Notes under the pieces: model-generated
What the model saw: only the letters and a program-made list of their open reading frames with translations
The model's database searches: none
Told to the model about the DNA's origin: nothing
DNA from: Candidatus Woesebacteria bacterium
Lineage (GTDB): Bacteria > Patescibacteriota > Microgenomatia > UBA8517
Direction: 5' to 3'
Assembly (NCBI GenBank): GCA_003484955.1
Contig: DMZH01000003.1
Coordinates: 47,815 to 111,814, forward strand
DNA: 64,000 nt
Made by a program: the position numbers and the translations under genes
In this document: positions 1 to 9,412 of the stretch, one piece after another
How the letters are laid out: each line of letters starts with the position of its first letter
Position numbering within the stretch: the first letter of the stretch is position 1

Positions 1-1
1 G

Positions 2-409
2 TCGGGCGTTGTCGTTGTAAATACCAAAGGAACAAACAATAAAACTGTAAAACTAGCAGATATTGCAATCGGAGATTTTATAGTTGCGATGGGATACGTT
101 GACGGAGACGATGTACTCGATGCCCAAAGAATTCTTGTTACAGACTCCCCTGTCGAAACAAAAATTAGCGTATCGATACAAAAAGTTAATGATGTCACCA
201 AAAAATCTTTAACCCTTGTTTCTGAAAACGAAGGCCAGGCAACAACCATTACACCCGATAAAAATACGAGCATTGAATCTTTTTCCGACGGGAAAATAAA
301 ACAAATCAAGCTGACTGATATCTCTTCATCGGACACCGTGGTTGTAGTTTCCGACACGACAGGCACTCCGGCTCTCACACGTTCGCTTTTCAATCTTGAA
401 GAAGAATAA
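2..409 (+). CDS. hypothetical protein, 5'-truncated by window edge
   Basis: Frame open from base 2 through the ATG at 89 to the stop at 409. Confidence 0.6.
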   Translation, partial: SGVVVVNTKGTNNKTVKLADIAIGDFIVAMGYVDGDDVLDAQRILVTDSPVETKISVSIQKVNDVTKKSLTLVSENEGQATTITPDKNTSIESFSDGKIKQIKLTDISSSDTVVVVSDTTGTPALTRSLFNLEEE

Positions 410-463
410 AGCCAAATACTTGCAGTTTTTCTTGAAAGCTGATATAATGCCCCTTTGTGAGTC

Positions 464-518
464 AAGCCTCTCGCTCCTTGTCCCGATATTTTTCGGGACA
501 AAGACCGGGAGGTTTTTT
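464..518 (+). terminator. hairpin plus T-tract upstream of hisS
   Basis: ttgtcccga/tcgggacaa inner stem, aagcctc/gaggttt outer stem, followed by a T-run. Confidence 0.5.
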
Positions 519-549
519 ATTACTCTCAAACTGATATATAATAACTATT

Positions 550-1455
550 ATGCAAAAGGGTCCTGTTACACCAAAAGGGTTTGGCGATATTATGCCCGCC
601 GAGGCCAAGAAAAGGCGTTTTATGATAAACGCTATTGCCCCTATTCTCGAAAAATACGGTTTTGAACCGCTTGAAACCCCAATCGTTGAGTTTGCAGATA
701 CGCTTCTGGGAAAATACGGCGAAGACGAAAAATTGATCTATAAATTTGAAGACAAAGGTGGAAGAGAACTTGCCTTAAGATACGACCTGACTGTTCCCCT
801 AGCCCGTTTTGTTGCCAATAATCTTGGTCTTCTCAAACCCACTTTTTCCCGGTACCAAGTAGGACAAGTTTTTAGAGGAGAAAATCCTCAAAAGGGCCGC
901 AAGCGAGAGTTTACCCAGTTCGACCTCGATTCTGTGGGGTCAAGTGACGTTTCTGAAGATGTAAGAGTAATTTCCGCAACAATCGAGGGGTCGCGTGCCA
1001 TCGGACTAACCGATGCCATTTTACAAATAAATGACCGTGAACTTTTTGACAAAATTGGCTTTTCCAAAGAAGGAATCAGGTCAATTGATAAGATCGATAA
1101 AATCGGGCGTGATCAGGTTGTCACACTTTTAAAAGAAATTAATTTAGACGAGGCCGAAAAGATGTTTGCCGATCTGGAAAAATCCGGCAAGACAGAAAGA
1201 CTAACCAAAATTTTTGAAGAACTTAAAATTAATGGATTCAAAGAAAATGTTGATTTTGTTTTTAACCCGTTTCTCGCCCGGGGCCTGGATTACTACACCT
1301 CAACAATTTTTGAGCTTAAGCTTGACAAAACACCAGGAGGACTTTCCGTTGGTGGCGGCGGAAGATATGACAACTTGATTGGAATGTTTGCCGGCCGCAC
1401 TATTCCTGCGGTTGGTTTTTCATTCGGAATTGATAGAATAATTGATCTTATATAA
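550..1455 (+). CDS. hisS: histidyl-tRNA synthetase (short, no obvious C-terminal anticodon-binding domain)
   Basis: PKGFGD, LRYDLTVPLAR, FRGENPQKGRKREFTQ, RGLDYYT, GGGRYD, AVGFSFGIDR motifs. Confidence 0.93.
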   Translation: MQKGPVTPKGFGDIMPAEAKKRRFMINAIAPILEKYGFEPLETPIVEFADTLLGKYGEDEKLIYKFEDKGGRELALRYDLTVPLARFVANNLGLLKPTFSRYQVGQVFRGENPQKGRKREFTQFDLDSVGSSDVSEDVRVISATIEGSRAIGLTDAILQINDRELFDKIGFSKEGIRSIDKIDKIGRDQVVTLLKEINLDEAEKMFADLEKSGKTERLTKIFEELKINGFKENVDFVFNPFLARGLDYYTSTIFELKLDKTPGGLSVGGGGRYDNLIGMFAGRTIPAVGFSFGIDRIIDLI

Positions 1456-1460
1456 CTAGT

Positions 1461-2372
1461 ATGAGCCCTGCCCGAAAACGCGCCTATATAGAACTTCTTA
1501 TTGTGGCCGTGATTTGGGGAAGCGCCAGTCCTATCATTAAGTATACCCTGGGCGGTTTTTCCCCAGCCATATTTTTGGTCTACAGATTTTTTATTTCGGC
1601 AATCGTTGCCTTTGTCATTTTTGCATTTACCGGCATAAAATTTCCCAAAAAACCTAAGGTTCTTGCGGTAACCCTTTTAAACGGGTTTTTACTCTCAACT
1701 GTCGCGCTTGGACTTTTATTCCTGGGCACTGATAAGACCACCTCAATTGATTCTAATTTGATTTCCGCCATATCCCCCATTGTTATTGCCGTTGCCGGGG
1801 TTTTCTTCCTGAAAGAACATATCACCAAAAGAGAAAGTATCGGAATTCTGATTGCACTCACAGGAACTCTTATTACTATAGTCGAACCCATCCTTAAGTT
1901 TAATAACGGCTTCGGTGGGCTCGAAGGTAACCTCCTAGTTTTAGCCTCTGTGATAGTTGGTGCCATAACCGCAATACTTGCCAAAATACTTCTCAGGAAC
2001 AATGTTGATGCCATTTTTGCGACAAATATATCTTTTATTATCGGATTTGTGACAATGTTGCCGTTTACCCTTCCCCAGATTCTAAATTCCAGATTCCAAA
2101 TTCTTACTTCGGTTCCCTTTTCCTACCATCTCGGAGTTTTCTATATGGCACTTTTATCCGGAACTCTGGCTTATTTTCTCTGGCACAAAGCCGAAAAGAC
2201 AATTGAAGTCGGAGAGGTCAATCTTATCGCTTACCTCTACCCTCTTTTCGGTGCGCCGTTGTCAGTTTTCTGGCTGGGAGAAAAAATCGGCACGCCTTTT
2301 GTTATCGGGGGTATTTTAATAGCGGCTGGGGTTACCCTTGCCCAAATAAAGAAAAAAAGGTATAATTCCTAA
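1461..2372 (+). CDS. DMT/EamA family transporter
   Basis: About 10 hydrophobic segments, IWGS and FLKE repeats typical of EamA. Confidence 0.85.
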   Translation: MSPARKRAYIELLIVAVIWGSASPIIKYTLGGFSPAIFLVYRFFISAIVAFVIFAFTGIKFPKKPKVLAVTLLNGFLLSTVALGLLFLGTDKTTSIDSNLISAISPIVIAVAGVFFLKEHITKRESIGILIALTGTLITIVEPILKFNNGFGGLEGNLLVLASVIVGAITAILAKILLRNNVDAIFATNISFIIGFVTMLPFTLPQILNSRFQILTSVPFSYHLGVFYMALLSGTLAYFLWHKAEKTIEVGEVNLIAYLYPLFGAPLSVFWLGEKIGTPFVIGGILIAAGVTLAQIKKKRYNS

Positions 2373-2375
2373 GTT

Positions 2376-2681
2376 ATGAAGGCCACAATTCACCCAAAAT
2401 GGTTCCCTGAAGCCAAGGTCACTTGTGCTTGCGGCAACGTGTTTACAACAGGGGCAACCGTTCCTGAAATTCGTGTGGATGTCTGCTATAACTGTCATCC
2501 TTTCTATACAGGACAGATGAAGTTTGTAGACACCGCAGGTAGAGTCGACGCGTTCAAAGCCAGAATGGCAGGTGCCAAAAAACATATCACAAAAACCGAG
2601 AAGAGAATGGTTAAAAAACTTAAGAAACTTCAGGAAGAAGCAGCCAGGCCGGAATCGCTTGCCGAGCTTAGGAGTAAGTAA
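2376..2681 (+). CDS. rpmE: 50S ribosomal protein L31
   Basis: MKATIHPKW, CACG, CYNCHPFYTG. Confidence 0.96.
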   Translation: MKATIHPKWFPEAKVTCACGNVFTTGATVPEIRVDVCYNCHPFYTGQMKFVDTAGRVDAFKARMAGAKKHITKTEKRMVKKLKKLQEEAARPESLAELRSK

Positions 2682-2696
2682 TCGGATTTGGGTAGT

Positions 2697-3401
2697 ATGA
2701 ATAATAATCAACTCCAGGTAGTCTATTTAGAAATCAGGGGTGCCACCGGCGGTGATGAGGCTAAGCTTTGGGGTCAGGACCTACTTCGAATGTATATCCG
2801 CTTTGCCGGGAAAGTTGGCTGGAAAGTATACTCCGTATCCGACAATACTATAAAAATTTCAGGGTTTGGAGCTTTTGACAGTCTCAAAAACGAATCCGGT
2901 GTGCACCGTGTGCAAAGAGTACCTGTAACCGAAAAAAGAGGTAGAATCCACACATCCACTGCCACAGTGGTTGTACTTCCCGAAATTAAAGAAACCGAAA
3001 TTCAGATAAACCCCAATGACCTGGAATGGAGCTTTACCACAGGCGGAGGCCACGGAGGCCAAAACGTAAATAAAGTTTCGACAGCAGTGAGACTTGTCCA
3101 TAAACCTACCGGTACCGTCGCAGAAGCCCGCGAGGAGAGGTTCCAAGAGCAAAACCGCCAAATAGCGCTTTCTCTACTCAGATCCCGTCTTTGGGAGCGC
3201 CAGGAAGCCGAGAAAATGCGCACCGTTGCCGGCTATCGCTCAGTTATAGGCCGTGGAATGAGGTCAGAAAAAATACGCACTTACAATTTTCCCCAGGACA
3301 GACTCACTGACCACAGAATCGGTAAAAATTGGGGCAAACTTGAAGCTATTATGGACGGTGAATTGGAAAAAGTCGTAGAACTAACCCGAAATATTCAATA
3401 A
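2697..3401 (+). CDS. prfA: peptide chain release factor 1-like protein lacking the N-terminal domain
   Basis: EIRGATGGDEA, ESGVHRVQRVPVTE (PxT motif of RF1), GGQ, RSEKIRTYNFPQDR; only ~235 aa. Confidence 0.8.
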   Translation: MNNNQLQVVYLEIRGATGGDEAKLWGQDLLRMYIRFAGKVGWKVYSVSDNTIKISGFGAFDSLKNESGVHRVQRVPVTEKRGRIHTSTATVVVLPEIKETEIQINPNDLEWSFTTGGGHGGQNVNKVSTAVRLVHKPTGTVAEAREERFQEQNRQIALSLLRSRLWERQEAEKMRTVAGYRSVIGRGMRSEKIRTYNFPQDRLTDHRIGKNWGKLEAIMDGELEKVVELTRNIQ

Positions 3402-4544
3402 TTACTGAACTATCTCAGTTAAAGTAACGTTAATATTTTTGGTTTCTCCGTTTCTCCAAATATCAAGTGAGATTGTGTCTCCGGGTTTTTTACCGGAAAT
3501 TATCGTACTCAAAGCCTCGCTATTGTCCCCAACCGTATTTCCATCAATTTTGAAAATTATGTCCCCCACCTGAATTCCGGCTTTTTCCGCGGGAGAACCG
3601 GAAACCACATTCACAACATACATTCCTTGAGGCACCTGATTAAGGAGTGCGATTTGTTGAGAAATAACCTGATACCCGACTCCGAGATATGCCTTGGCAG
3701 GAAACTTTCCGGTGGTTTTAAATACGTTCAAGGCTTCTTTCACTGTATTTATTGGGATTGAAAAAGCAATGTTATTGGCCCCCTCGGCTACTGCCACATT
3801 TATTCCGATTACTTGGCCCGCCGAGTTTAAAAGCGGACCACCGGAATTACCCGGATTTATGGCTGCGTCTGTCTGAATTACATTATCCAATCGTTCCACA
3901 TAACCCTGAAAGCTGCTCCCTGCATCAATTCCACGTCCGAGTCCTGAGATAACTCCTGTAGTAACGGTATTTCTAAACTCTCCCAGGGCAGTTCCTATTG
4001 CAATTACAAACTGCCCCACTTGCAAATTTGAGGAATCACCCAGATCAACCGGAGTAAGCCCAGAGGCATCAATTTTAATCACGGCAATATCATTATTCGG
4101 ATCCCGGCTTATCTGTCCGACATCATATGTCTTACCGTCCGATGTTGAAACTTTATAACTCAAGGCAGCGTCAGCAACTACATGCTTATTGGTTATTATC
4201 AAGCCATCGGAGGAAACAACAAATCCGCTTCCGATATCCTGCTCTTTCCCGCCTTGTGTACCGCTTGTAAAACCACTAAACGGTGAAAATTGTATTATTT
4301 GTCTTACCGGAGCTGTGGCCGAAACGGTCACCACTGAAGGTCCGACCTTTTTGACGACCTCAACAACGTCACTGCTTTCCGTAACTATTCTCTCTTGAAC
4401 AACGCCGGAAAGCTTGGGAAAGAATTTATCCAGGAGTTTAAATCCGAAGAGTCTGTCGGCCACCGCACCGGAAGTCGCTGCAGCTACAACTACTATTACT
4501 AATGCTGCAAAAATCAAAATTTTTTTCAAACCAATCTTTTTCAT
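3402..4544 (-). CDS. HtrA/DegP-family serine protease with PDZ domain
   Basis: GSGFVV, TNKHVV, IQTDAAINPGNSGGPL, C-terminal PDZ, N-terminal TM. Confidence 0.93.
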   Translation of the reverse strand: MKKIGLKKILIFAALVIVVVAAATSGAVADRLFGFKLLDKFFPKLSGVVQERIVTESSDVVEVVKKVGPSVVTVSATAPVRQIIQFSPFSGFTSGTQGGKEQDIGSGFVVSSDGLIITNKHVVADAALSYKVSTSDGKTYDVGQISRDPNNDIAVIKIDASGLTPVDLGDSSNLQVGQFVIAIGTALGEFRNTVTTGVISGLGRGIDAGSSFQGYVERLDNVIQTDAAINPGNSGGPLLNSAGQVIGINVAVAEGANNIAFSIPINTVKEALNVFKTTGKFPAKAYLGVGYQVISQQIALLNQVPQGMYVVNVVSGSPAEKAGIQVGDIIFKIDGNTVGDNSEALSTIISGKKPGDTISLDIWRNGETKNINVTLTEIVQ

Positions 4545-4591
4545 AACCCAATTATCGTTTAACGGCTGTTATCAGTCAATTAATACAACAG

Positions 4592-5863
4592 CTAATTAAA
4601 GAGTTTTATCGCTGCATTAAGTTGAATGTCTTCCGTCGCGTCATCGGGATTGGCTACCTCAACATCAGGAATCAGTCCTTTTTCATGAACCCAAATTCCG
4701 TCCGGAGTCAGCCATTTTGCGGTAGTTACATGTATTCCGCTGCCGCCGTTTATGTCAATTGGTTCCTGTATCGTTCCTTTCCCAAAGCTTTTATCGCCAA
4801 CAAGTTTAATTCCTCTATTGTCTCTCAGGGCGCCGGATAAAATTTCGGATGCCGAGGCGCTTCCGCCGTTTATAAGGATAATTATCTGATAATTTTCAAG
4901 TCTTGGTAAAGAATTCGATTTATATTCTTGCTTAGTCCCGTCACCATTTTGTTGAATAACCACCGTTGTTCCTATCGGAACGAAATCCGAGGCCAGATCG
5001 ACAGCCGCCTGAAGATAACCACCGGGATTATTCCTCAGGTCAACTATCACTCCTTTTACATTATTCCTTTCCAAAATTTGAGATACTGCTTTATTCCACT
5101 CATCCTTGGTTTCCGCGCCGAATTTACTGATTTTAATATCGGCGATACTGGATTCATCACCGACCCATGTCAAGGTGACAGAGGAAACATTGATTTTTTC
5201 TCTGGATAATTCCACAACAATCGGATCGGAAACTCCCTCGCGCACCAAGGTCAAAGTAACTTTTGTTCCGGCAACGCCCCTAATATAAGTAACGGCATCA
5301 CTGGTGCTCATATTAGTGCTGTCCAAATCCACATTTTTTGCCTTATCGGTAATTTTCACTATGTAGTCCCCCGCTTTAACACCGGCTTTTTCAGCAGGGG
5401 TACCGGGAAGAGGGGCAATTACCGCCAAGTGTCCCCCTTTATAGCCTATTTCTATTCCAACTCCGCCAAAAGATCCGCTCAGATCCTCGTTCACAATTTT
5501 ATTCTGTGCCGGAGGAAGAAAAGTGGTATAGGGATCCCCGGCTGAAGCAACCATTCCCTCTATTGCCCCATAAATCATTTGGGATGGAATAAGCTTGGAT
5601 TTATCGTAATATTTTTGGGCCATCAAATCCCAAACCTGCCAAAAAAGAGAAAAGTCTATGTTCTTGTCGGGGGGAAGCTGCCTACTAATCGTAATGTTCA
5701 ATGCCTTTGTTACTTCGGCTTTATAACCCTCTACACCGAGAAAATACCCGCCGGTAAAAACAGCAACTAAGACAAATACGGACAGTATTATTTTTCTGGC
5801 CTTTAGAAAATTAATCTTTGCAGACATAAAATACATATTACCCTTAAGATTTGATCTACTCAA
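4592..5863 (-). CDS. S41 carboxyl-terminal processing protease (true start probably a little downstream)
   Basis: DPYT, PDZ, DLRNNPGG, SASASEI, SFGKG motifs. Confidence 0.93.
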   Translation of the reverse strand: MSRSNLKGNMYFMSAKINFLKARKIILSVFVLVAVFTGGYFLGVEGYKAEVTKALNITISRQLPPDKNIDFSLFWQVWDLMAQKYYDKSKLIPSQMIYGAIEGMVASAGDPYTTFLPPAQNKIVNEDLSGSFGGVGIEIGYKGGHLAVIAPLPGTPAEKAGVKAGDYIVKITDKAKNVDLDSTNMSTSDAVTYIRGVAGTKVTLTLVREGVSDPIVVELSREKINVSSVTLTWVGDESSIADIKISKFGAETKDEWNKAVSQILERNNVKGVIVDLRNNPGGYLQAAVDLASDFVPIGTTVVIQQNGDGTKQEYKSNSLPRLENYQIIILINGGSASASEILSGALRDNRGIKLVGDKSFGKGTIQEPIDINGGSGIHVTTAKWLTPDGIWVHEKGLIPDVEVANPDDATEDIQLNAAIKLFN

Positions 5864-5882
5864 GACTTAAATTTGATGGAGA

Positions 5883-6140
5883 TTAGTCCAATGACGGGGT
5901 GTAAGGAAGAAGACTTAGGTGCCTTGCTCTTTTAATGGCCAAGGAAATTCTTCTTTGATGTTTGGCACAAATTCCGGTTCTGGACTTTCCCAATACCTTT
6001 GCACGATCGTTCATGTATCTCGCAAGCACATCAACCTCTTTATAGTCCGGCATAGTTTTGCTTTTGCAAAAAGGGCAATTCCGGGGAACTACTATCTCAA
6101 TTTGTCTTCTTCTTTTTTTGTTGTCTTTTTTCTTTGCCAT
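5883..6140 (-). CDS. rpsR: 30S ribosomal protein S18
   Basis: CPFC, DYKEV, TGICAKHQR, AIKRARHLSLLPY. Confidence 0.96.
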   Translation of the reverse strand: MAKKKDNKKRRRQIEIVVPRNCPFCKSKTMPDYKEVDVLARYMNDRAKVLGKSRTGICAKHQRRISLAIKRARHLSLLPYTPSLD

Positions 6141-6143
6141 ATT

Positions 6144-6653
6144 TTAAAATGGGATGTCTTCCTCACCAGGTTCTTCCGCTTTTTCTTCTTTTACCTCGGT
6201 GGGGGCGGTTTCAGATTTACCGGATTTTTTTGCGGGTTTTCTGGCAGATACTTCCTCGGGTGAAACTTGAGGCTCTACTTCAGGTTCGGGAATGTCAATT
6301 CCGGAATCTCCAGAATCTTCCTTTTTATCCAAAATAACCATATCGCTTATCACTACTTCCGTTCTTTGTTTTTGGGTTCCGTCAGTACCTTGCCAAGAAC
6401 GTGTTGAGAGCCTGCCTTCAACGTAAACTTTTCTGCCTTTCTTCAAAAGCTGCGTGCAAATTTCGGCCAATTTATTCCAGGCTACAACATTATGAAACTC
6501 CACGTCTTCTTTCTTTTCTCCGCTTTCTGTTGTCCAGTTTCTGTTTGTAGCAACCCCGAAAGTACAAACCGCGGTTCCCTGGGGGGTATAACGCATTTCA
6601 GGATCGCGGGTTAAATTCCCTATCAACATTACTTTGTTTAAACTTCGTGCCAT
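6144..6653 (-). CDS. ssb: single-stranded DNA-binding protein
   Basis: LNKVMLIGNLTRDPE, C-terminal EDIPF. Confidence 0.97.
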   Translation of the reverse strand: MARSLNKVMLIGNLTRDPEMRYTPQGTAVCTFGVATNRNWTTESGEKKEDVEFHNVVAWNKLAEICTQLLKKGRKVYVEGRLSTRSWQGTDGTQKQRTEVVISDMVILDKKEDSGDSGIDIPEPEVEPQVSPEEVSARKPAKKSGKSETAPTEVKEEKAEEPGEEDIPF

Positions 6654-6941
6654 TTATTTATTTTTATTTATTAGTAAAAACCTAATTAAATCAGGGTCTA
6701 CTCTTAGTTTATCATTTAATGATTTTGCCCCTTTGGGGTCAAGTTCAATTTCGAAGAATAGGTAAAGCCCGGTCTCACTCTTTCCGATTTTGTAGGCAAG
6801 CTCTTTTACTCCCCAATCTTTAGACTCTTTAATTGATCCCTTAAAAATAGCCAAAACTTTTTCCAAAGTTTCGATTATTTTCTTTTTTTTGGCGGCTCCC
6901 GCCTTGCCGTCCAAAACCAGGGTTAATTCGTATTTATTCAT
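6654..6941 (-). CDS. rpsF: 30S ribosomal protein S6
   Basis: MNKYEL, WGVKELAYKI; rpsF-ssb-rpsR order. Confidence 0.93.
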   Translation of the reverse strand: MNKYELTLVLDGKAGAAKKKKIIETLEKVLAIFKGSIKESKDWGVKELAYKIGKSETGLYLFFEIELDPKGAKSLNDKLRVDPDLIRFLLINKNK

Positions 6942-6952
6942 GCTCAGATTAT

Positions 6953-6987
6953 AGATTAGAAATTAGAAATTAGCAATTAGAAATTAG
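6953..6987. repeat. heptamer tandem repeat, 5 units of consensus AAATTAG
   Basis: agattag aaattag aaattag caattag aaattag. Confidence 0.85.
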
Positions 6988-7983
6988 TTATGCTCCAATC
7001 TTAAATTCCACCACTTCTCCGTCTTTCATAATATAATCCCGCCCTTCGCTCCTTACTTTTCCGGCATCGCGAGCCGCCTTCCAACCGCCAAGGGTTACAA
7101 AATCGGTAAAAGCAACAACGTCAGCCTTAATAAACTTCTTAATAAAATCCGTATGAATTACTCCGGCCGCTTCTTGGGCGCTGATCCCTGCCGGAATGGT
7201 CCAAGCTCTAACTTCTTTTTCTCCCGCTGTTAAAAATGTTATTAAACCAAGCGTGGCAAATGCTTTTTGAATTAAACGCTCAAGGCCTGATTTCTCAACC
7301 CCCAAATCGGCCAAATATGCTTTTTGGTCTTCGGGTGAGAGTTCCGAAAGTTCCGCCTCGGTTCTGGCAGAAATTATCACAACCTGATTTTTATCTACCC
7401 CCAGCTCCTCTACATATTTATCTTCCAAACTGCCGGAATTCTTCAAATCGGCTTCATCTACATTCAGCACAATCAAAAAGGGTTTCTTTGAAAATAGCGG
7501 GAGGTTTTCGGGGTCCTGTTCTTTCTTTTTTTTATGATTTTCTATCGTTTCCGCATCTGCCAAATCAAGTTCCAATTTTAAAACTTCCAAGTCGGTTTTT
7601 GGGTTTTTTACCCCCTGCTTGATGATATCGGGGTCGGTAAAGGCTCTTAAAACGTAGCAAATCGCGCTGGTTTCCCTGATATGGCTTAGGAATTTATTTC
7701 CTAATCCCTCGCCTTTACTTGCACCTGCGATTAGCCCTGCGATATCTACGAATTCAACCGTGGCTGGAACTTCAGGAGGAAGATTAGACATACTTTCGGA
7801 TTTTTTTGTCACTTCAGCCAATTTTGAAAGCCGTTCATCAGGAACAGGAACTATCCCAATATTCGGCTCAATCGTTGCGAATGGGAAGTTCGCAACGTAA
7901 GCCTGCTGCTTTTTGAGAAGAGCATTAAAAAGTGTGCTTTTCCCTACGTTTGGTAAACCAACAATTCCTACAGAAAGACTCAT
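6988..7983 (-). CDS. ychF: ribosome-binding ATPase YchF (internally shortened)
   Basis: GIVGLPNVGKST, FATIEPN, DIAGL, GEGLGNKFL, TGS domain EVRAWTI. Confidence 0.95.
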   Translation of the reverse strand: MSLSVGIVGLPNVGKSTLFNALLKKQQAYVANFPFATIEPNIGIVPVPDERLSKLAEVTKKSESMSNLPPEVPATVEFVDIAGLIAGASKGEGLGNKFLSHIRETSAICYVLRAFTDPDIIKQGVKNPKTDLEVLKLELDLADAETIENHKKKKEQDPENLPLFSKKPFLIVLNVDEADLKNSGSLEDKYVEELGVDKNQVVIISARTEAELSELSPEDQKAYLADLGVEKSGLERLIQKAFATLGLITFLTAGEKEVRAWTIPAGISAQEAAGVIHTDFIKKFIKADVVAFTDFVTLGGWKAARDAGKVRSEGRDYIMKDGEVVEFKIGA

Positions 7984-8214
7984 ATGAAGCTATTTTAGCA
8001 CAGTTAATTTATCTTTTTTTTGTTTAACAATATCTAGCAATGATAACGTAGCGTTTTCTAAAATGTCATGGCGGGATGATATTTTTAAAACCATCATCCT
8101 ATAAGCGTCTGCTGCGCAAGCAATTAGATGAACCAATTTTCTGTCTGTGGGTATGTTAACTTTGCCCTGTAATTTGATAAAAACTAGCCTATATTATATA
8201 CTGCTCAACATACT

Positions 8215-9411
8215 ATGGGAAATGAGAGATATGTTCTACGTGATGAATCGTTCGGTGGCACACTCTACGATCGCAAACTGTTAAAGCATGACTTCTTATA
8301 CAAAGATCAAATAGACTCAACAGCCATCTCCATAAATGGACAGGAAATAAAATCTTTTGAACATTGGGAGGCTGAAGTGGAGAACTTAAGGACTGACATA
8401 TTATATTCCCCAATTCGTGTTTATATAGAAAGAACCCGTAAATGTAATTTAAGATGTGATACATGCTTTAATAGTTCTGGTGTGGAGCCAGAGGGTGAAT
8501 TAACAACAGACGAACTTAAAAAAAGTCTTGACGGCATGAGAAAAGATAACATATTAGACCTGCGTTTTTCAGGAGGTGAAATCACAACTAAACCCAATTG
8601 GCACGAAGAAGTGGGTTATGCAAAAGAGTTAGGATTTGCTGTATCAGTTAATACTAATGGTGTTTTCCAAAATCCTGACAAAACTGTAGAACAATTAGCC
8701 ACTCTGCATATTGATCAGATAACAATAAGTATTGACGGAAACCAAGAGCATCATGATAAAAACAGAGGACGGGGCACATACGAAAAGTCTCTAGAGGCGT
8801 TAAAAGAATTAAAACGTAGAGGCGCATCAACGAGAACAAACACCGTATTAACAACTCTTTCCATTAACGATCCTGAATCTATTATTCAAAGCGTTGCACC
8901 TTATGTTGATGAAATGGCATTTTTCCACATGAGACTTATCGGAAGAGCGCAAGGGATACAAAACAGAAGAGTTGATTTCTACAACTTAGTTGAATTTTAT
9001 AATCGTATGGAAATTTTGGAAAAAAGATACCCCAACATTCGGTTTTTTTATAAGGAAAGGGCTATACAAAATACATCAATAATGCCAAATGGATACGGAT
9101 TACGAGTTGGGTCTCCCGACGGATTAACCAGATTAAATTTGAATAATGGTGGATCTTTGTGGGCTGGCGGATATACTGCGTATATTGACCCAGATTTTAG
9201 ACTTGGAAATATAAAGGATGAAAATTACTCGCTTAGACAAATTTGGAACAACTCTCCTATTCTTGAGTCGTACAGAGATTTTGGACAAAAATTAGTTGAA
9301 AGATGTCTAAGTTGTGTCGAACTGGACACTCGTTGTCCCGGAGTAAATGTAGAAATGGAATTAATAAGAAAAAAATTTCCACTAATAGGAAATCCCAACT
9401 GTATTTATTAA
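8215..9411 (+). CDS. radical SAM protein with degenerate SPASM-like C-terminus
   Basis: CNLRCDTC, FSGGE, NTNG, ISIDG; C-terminal CLSC-x6-C and a terminal C. Confidence 0.9.
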   Translation: MGNERYVLRDESFGGTLYDRKLLKHDFLYKDQIDSTAISINGQEIKSFEHWEAEVENLRTDILYSPIRVYIERTRKCNLRCDTCFNSSGVEPEGELTTDELKKSLDGMRKDNILDLRFSGGEITTKPNWHEEVGYAKELGFAVSVNTNGVFQNPDKTVEQLATLHIDQITISIDGNQEHHDKNRGRGTYEKSLEALKELKRRGASTRTNTVLTTLSINDPESIIQSVAPYVDEMAFFHMRLIGRAQGIQNRRVDFYNLVEFYNRMEILEKRYPNIRFFYKERAIQNTSIMPNGYGLRVGSPDGLTRLNLNNGGSLWAGGYTAYIDPDFRLGNIKDENYSLRQIWNNSPILESYRDFGQKLVERCLSCVELDTRCPGVNVEMELIRKKFPLIGNPNCIY

Positions 9412-9412
9412 G

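Noticed and set aside
7990-8210. Candidate precursor peptide for the radical SAM enzyme
   Set aside because: No start-bearing short ORF with leader/core character; the only long open frame is a start-less tail on the opposite strand
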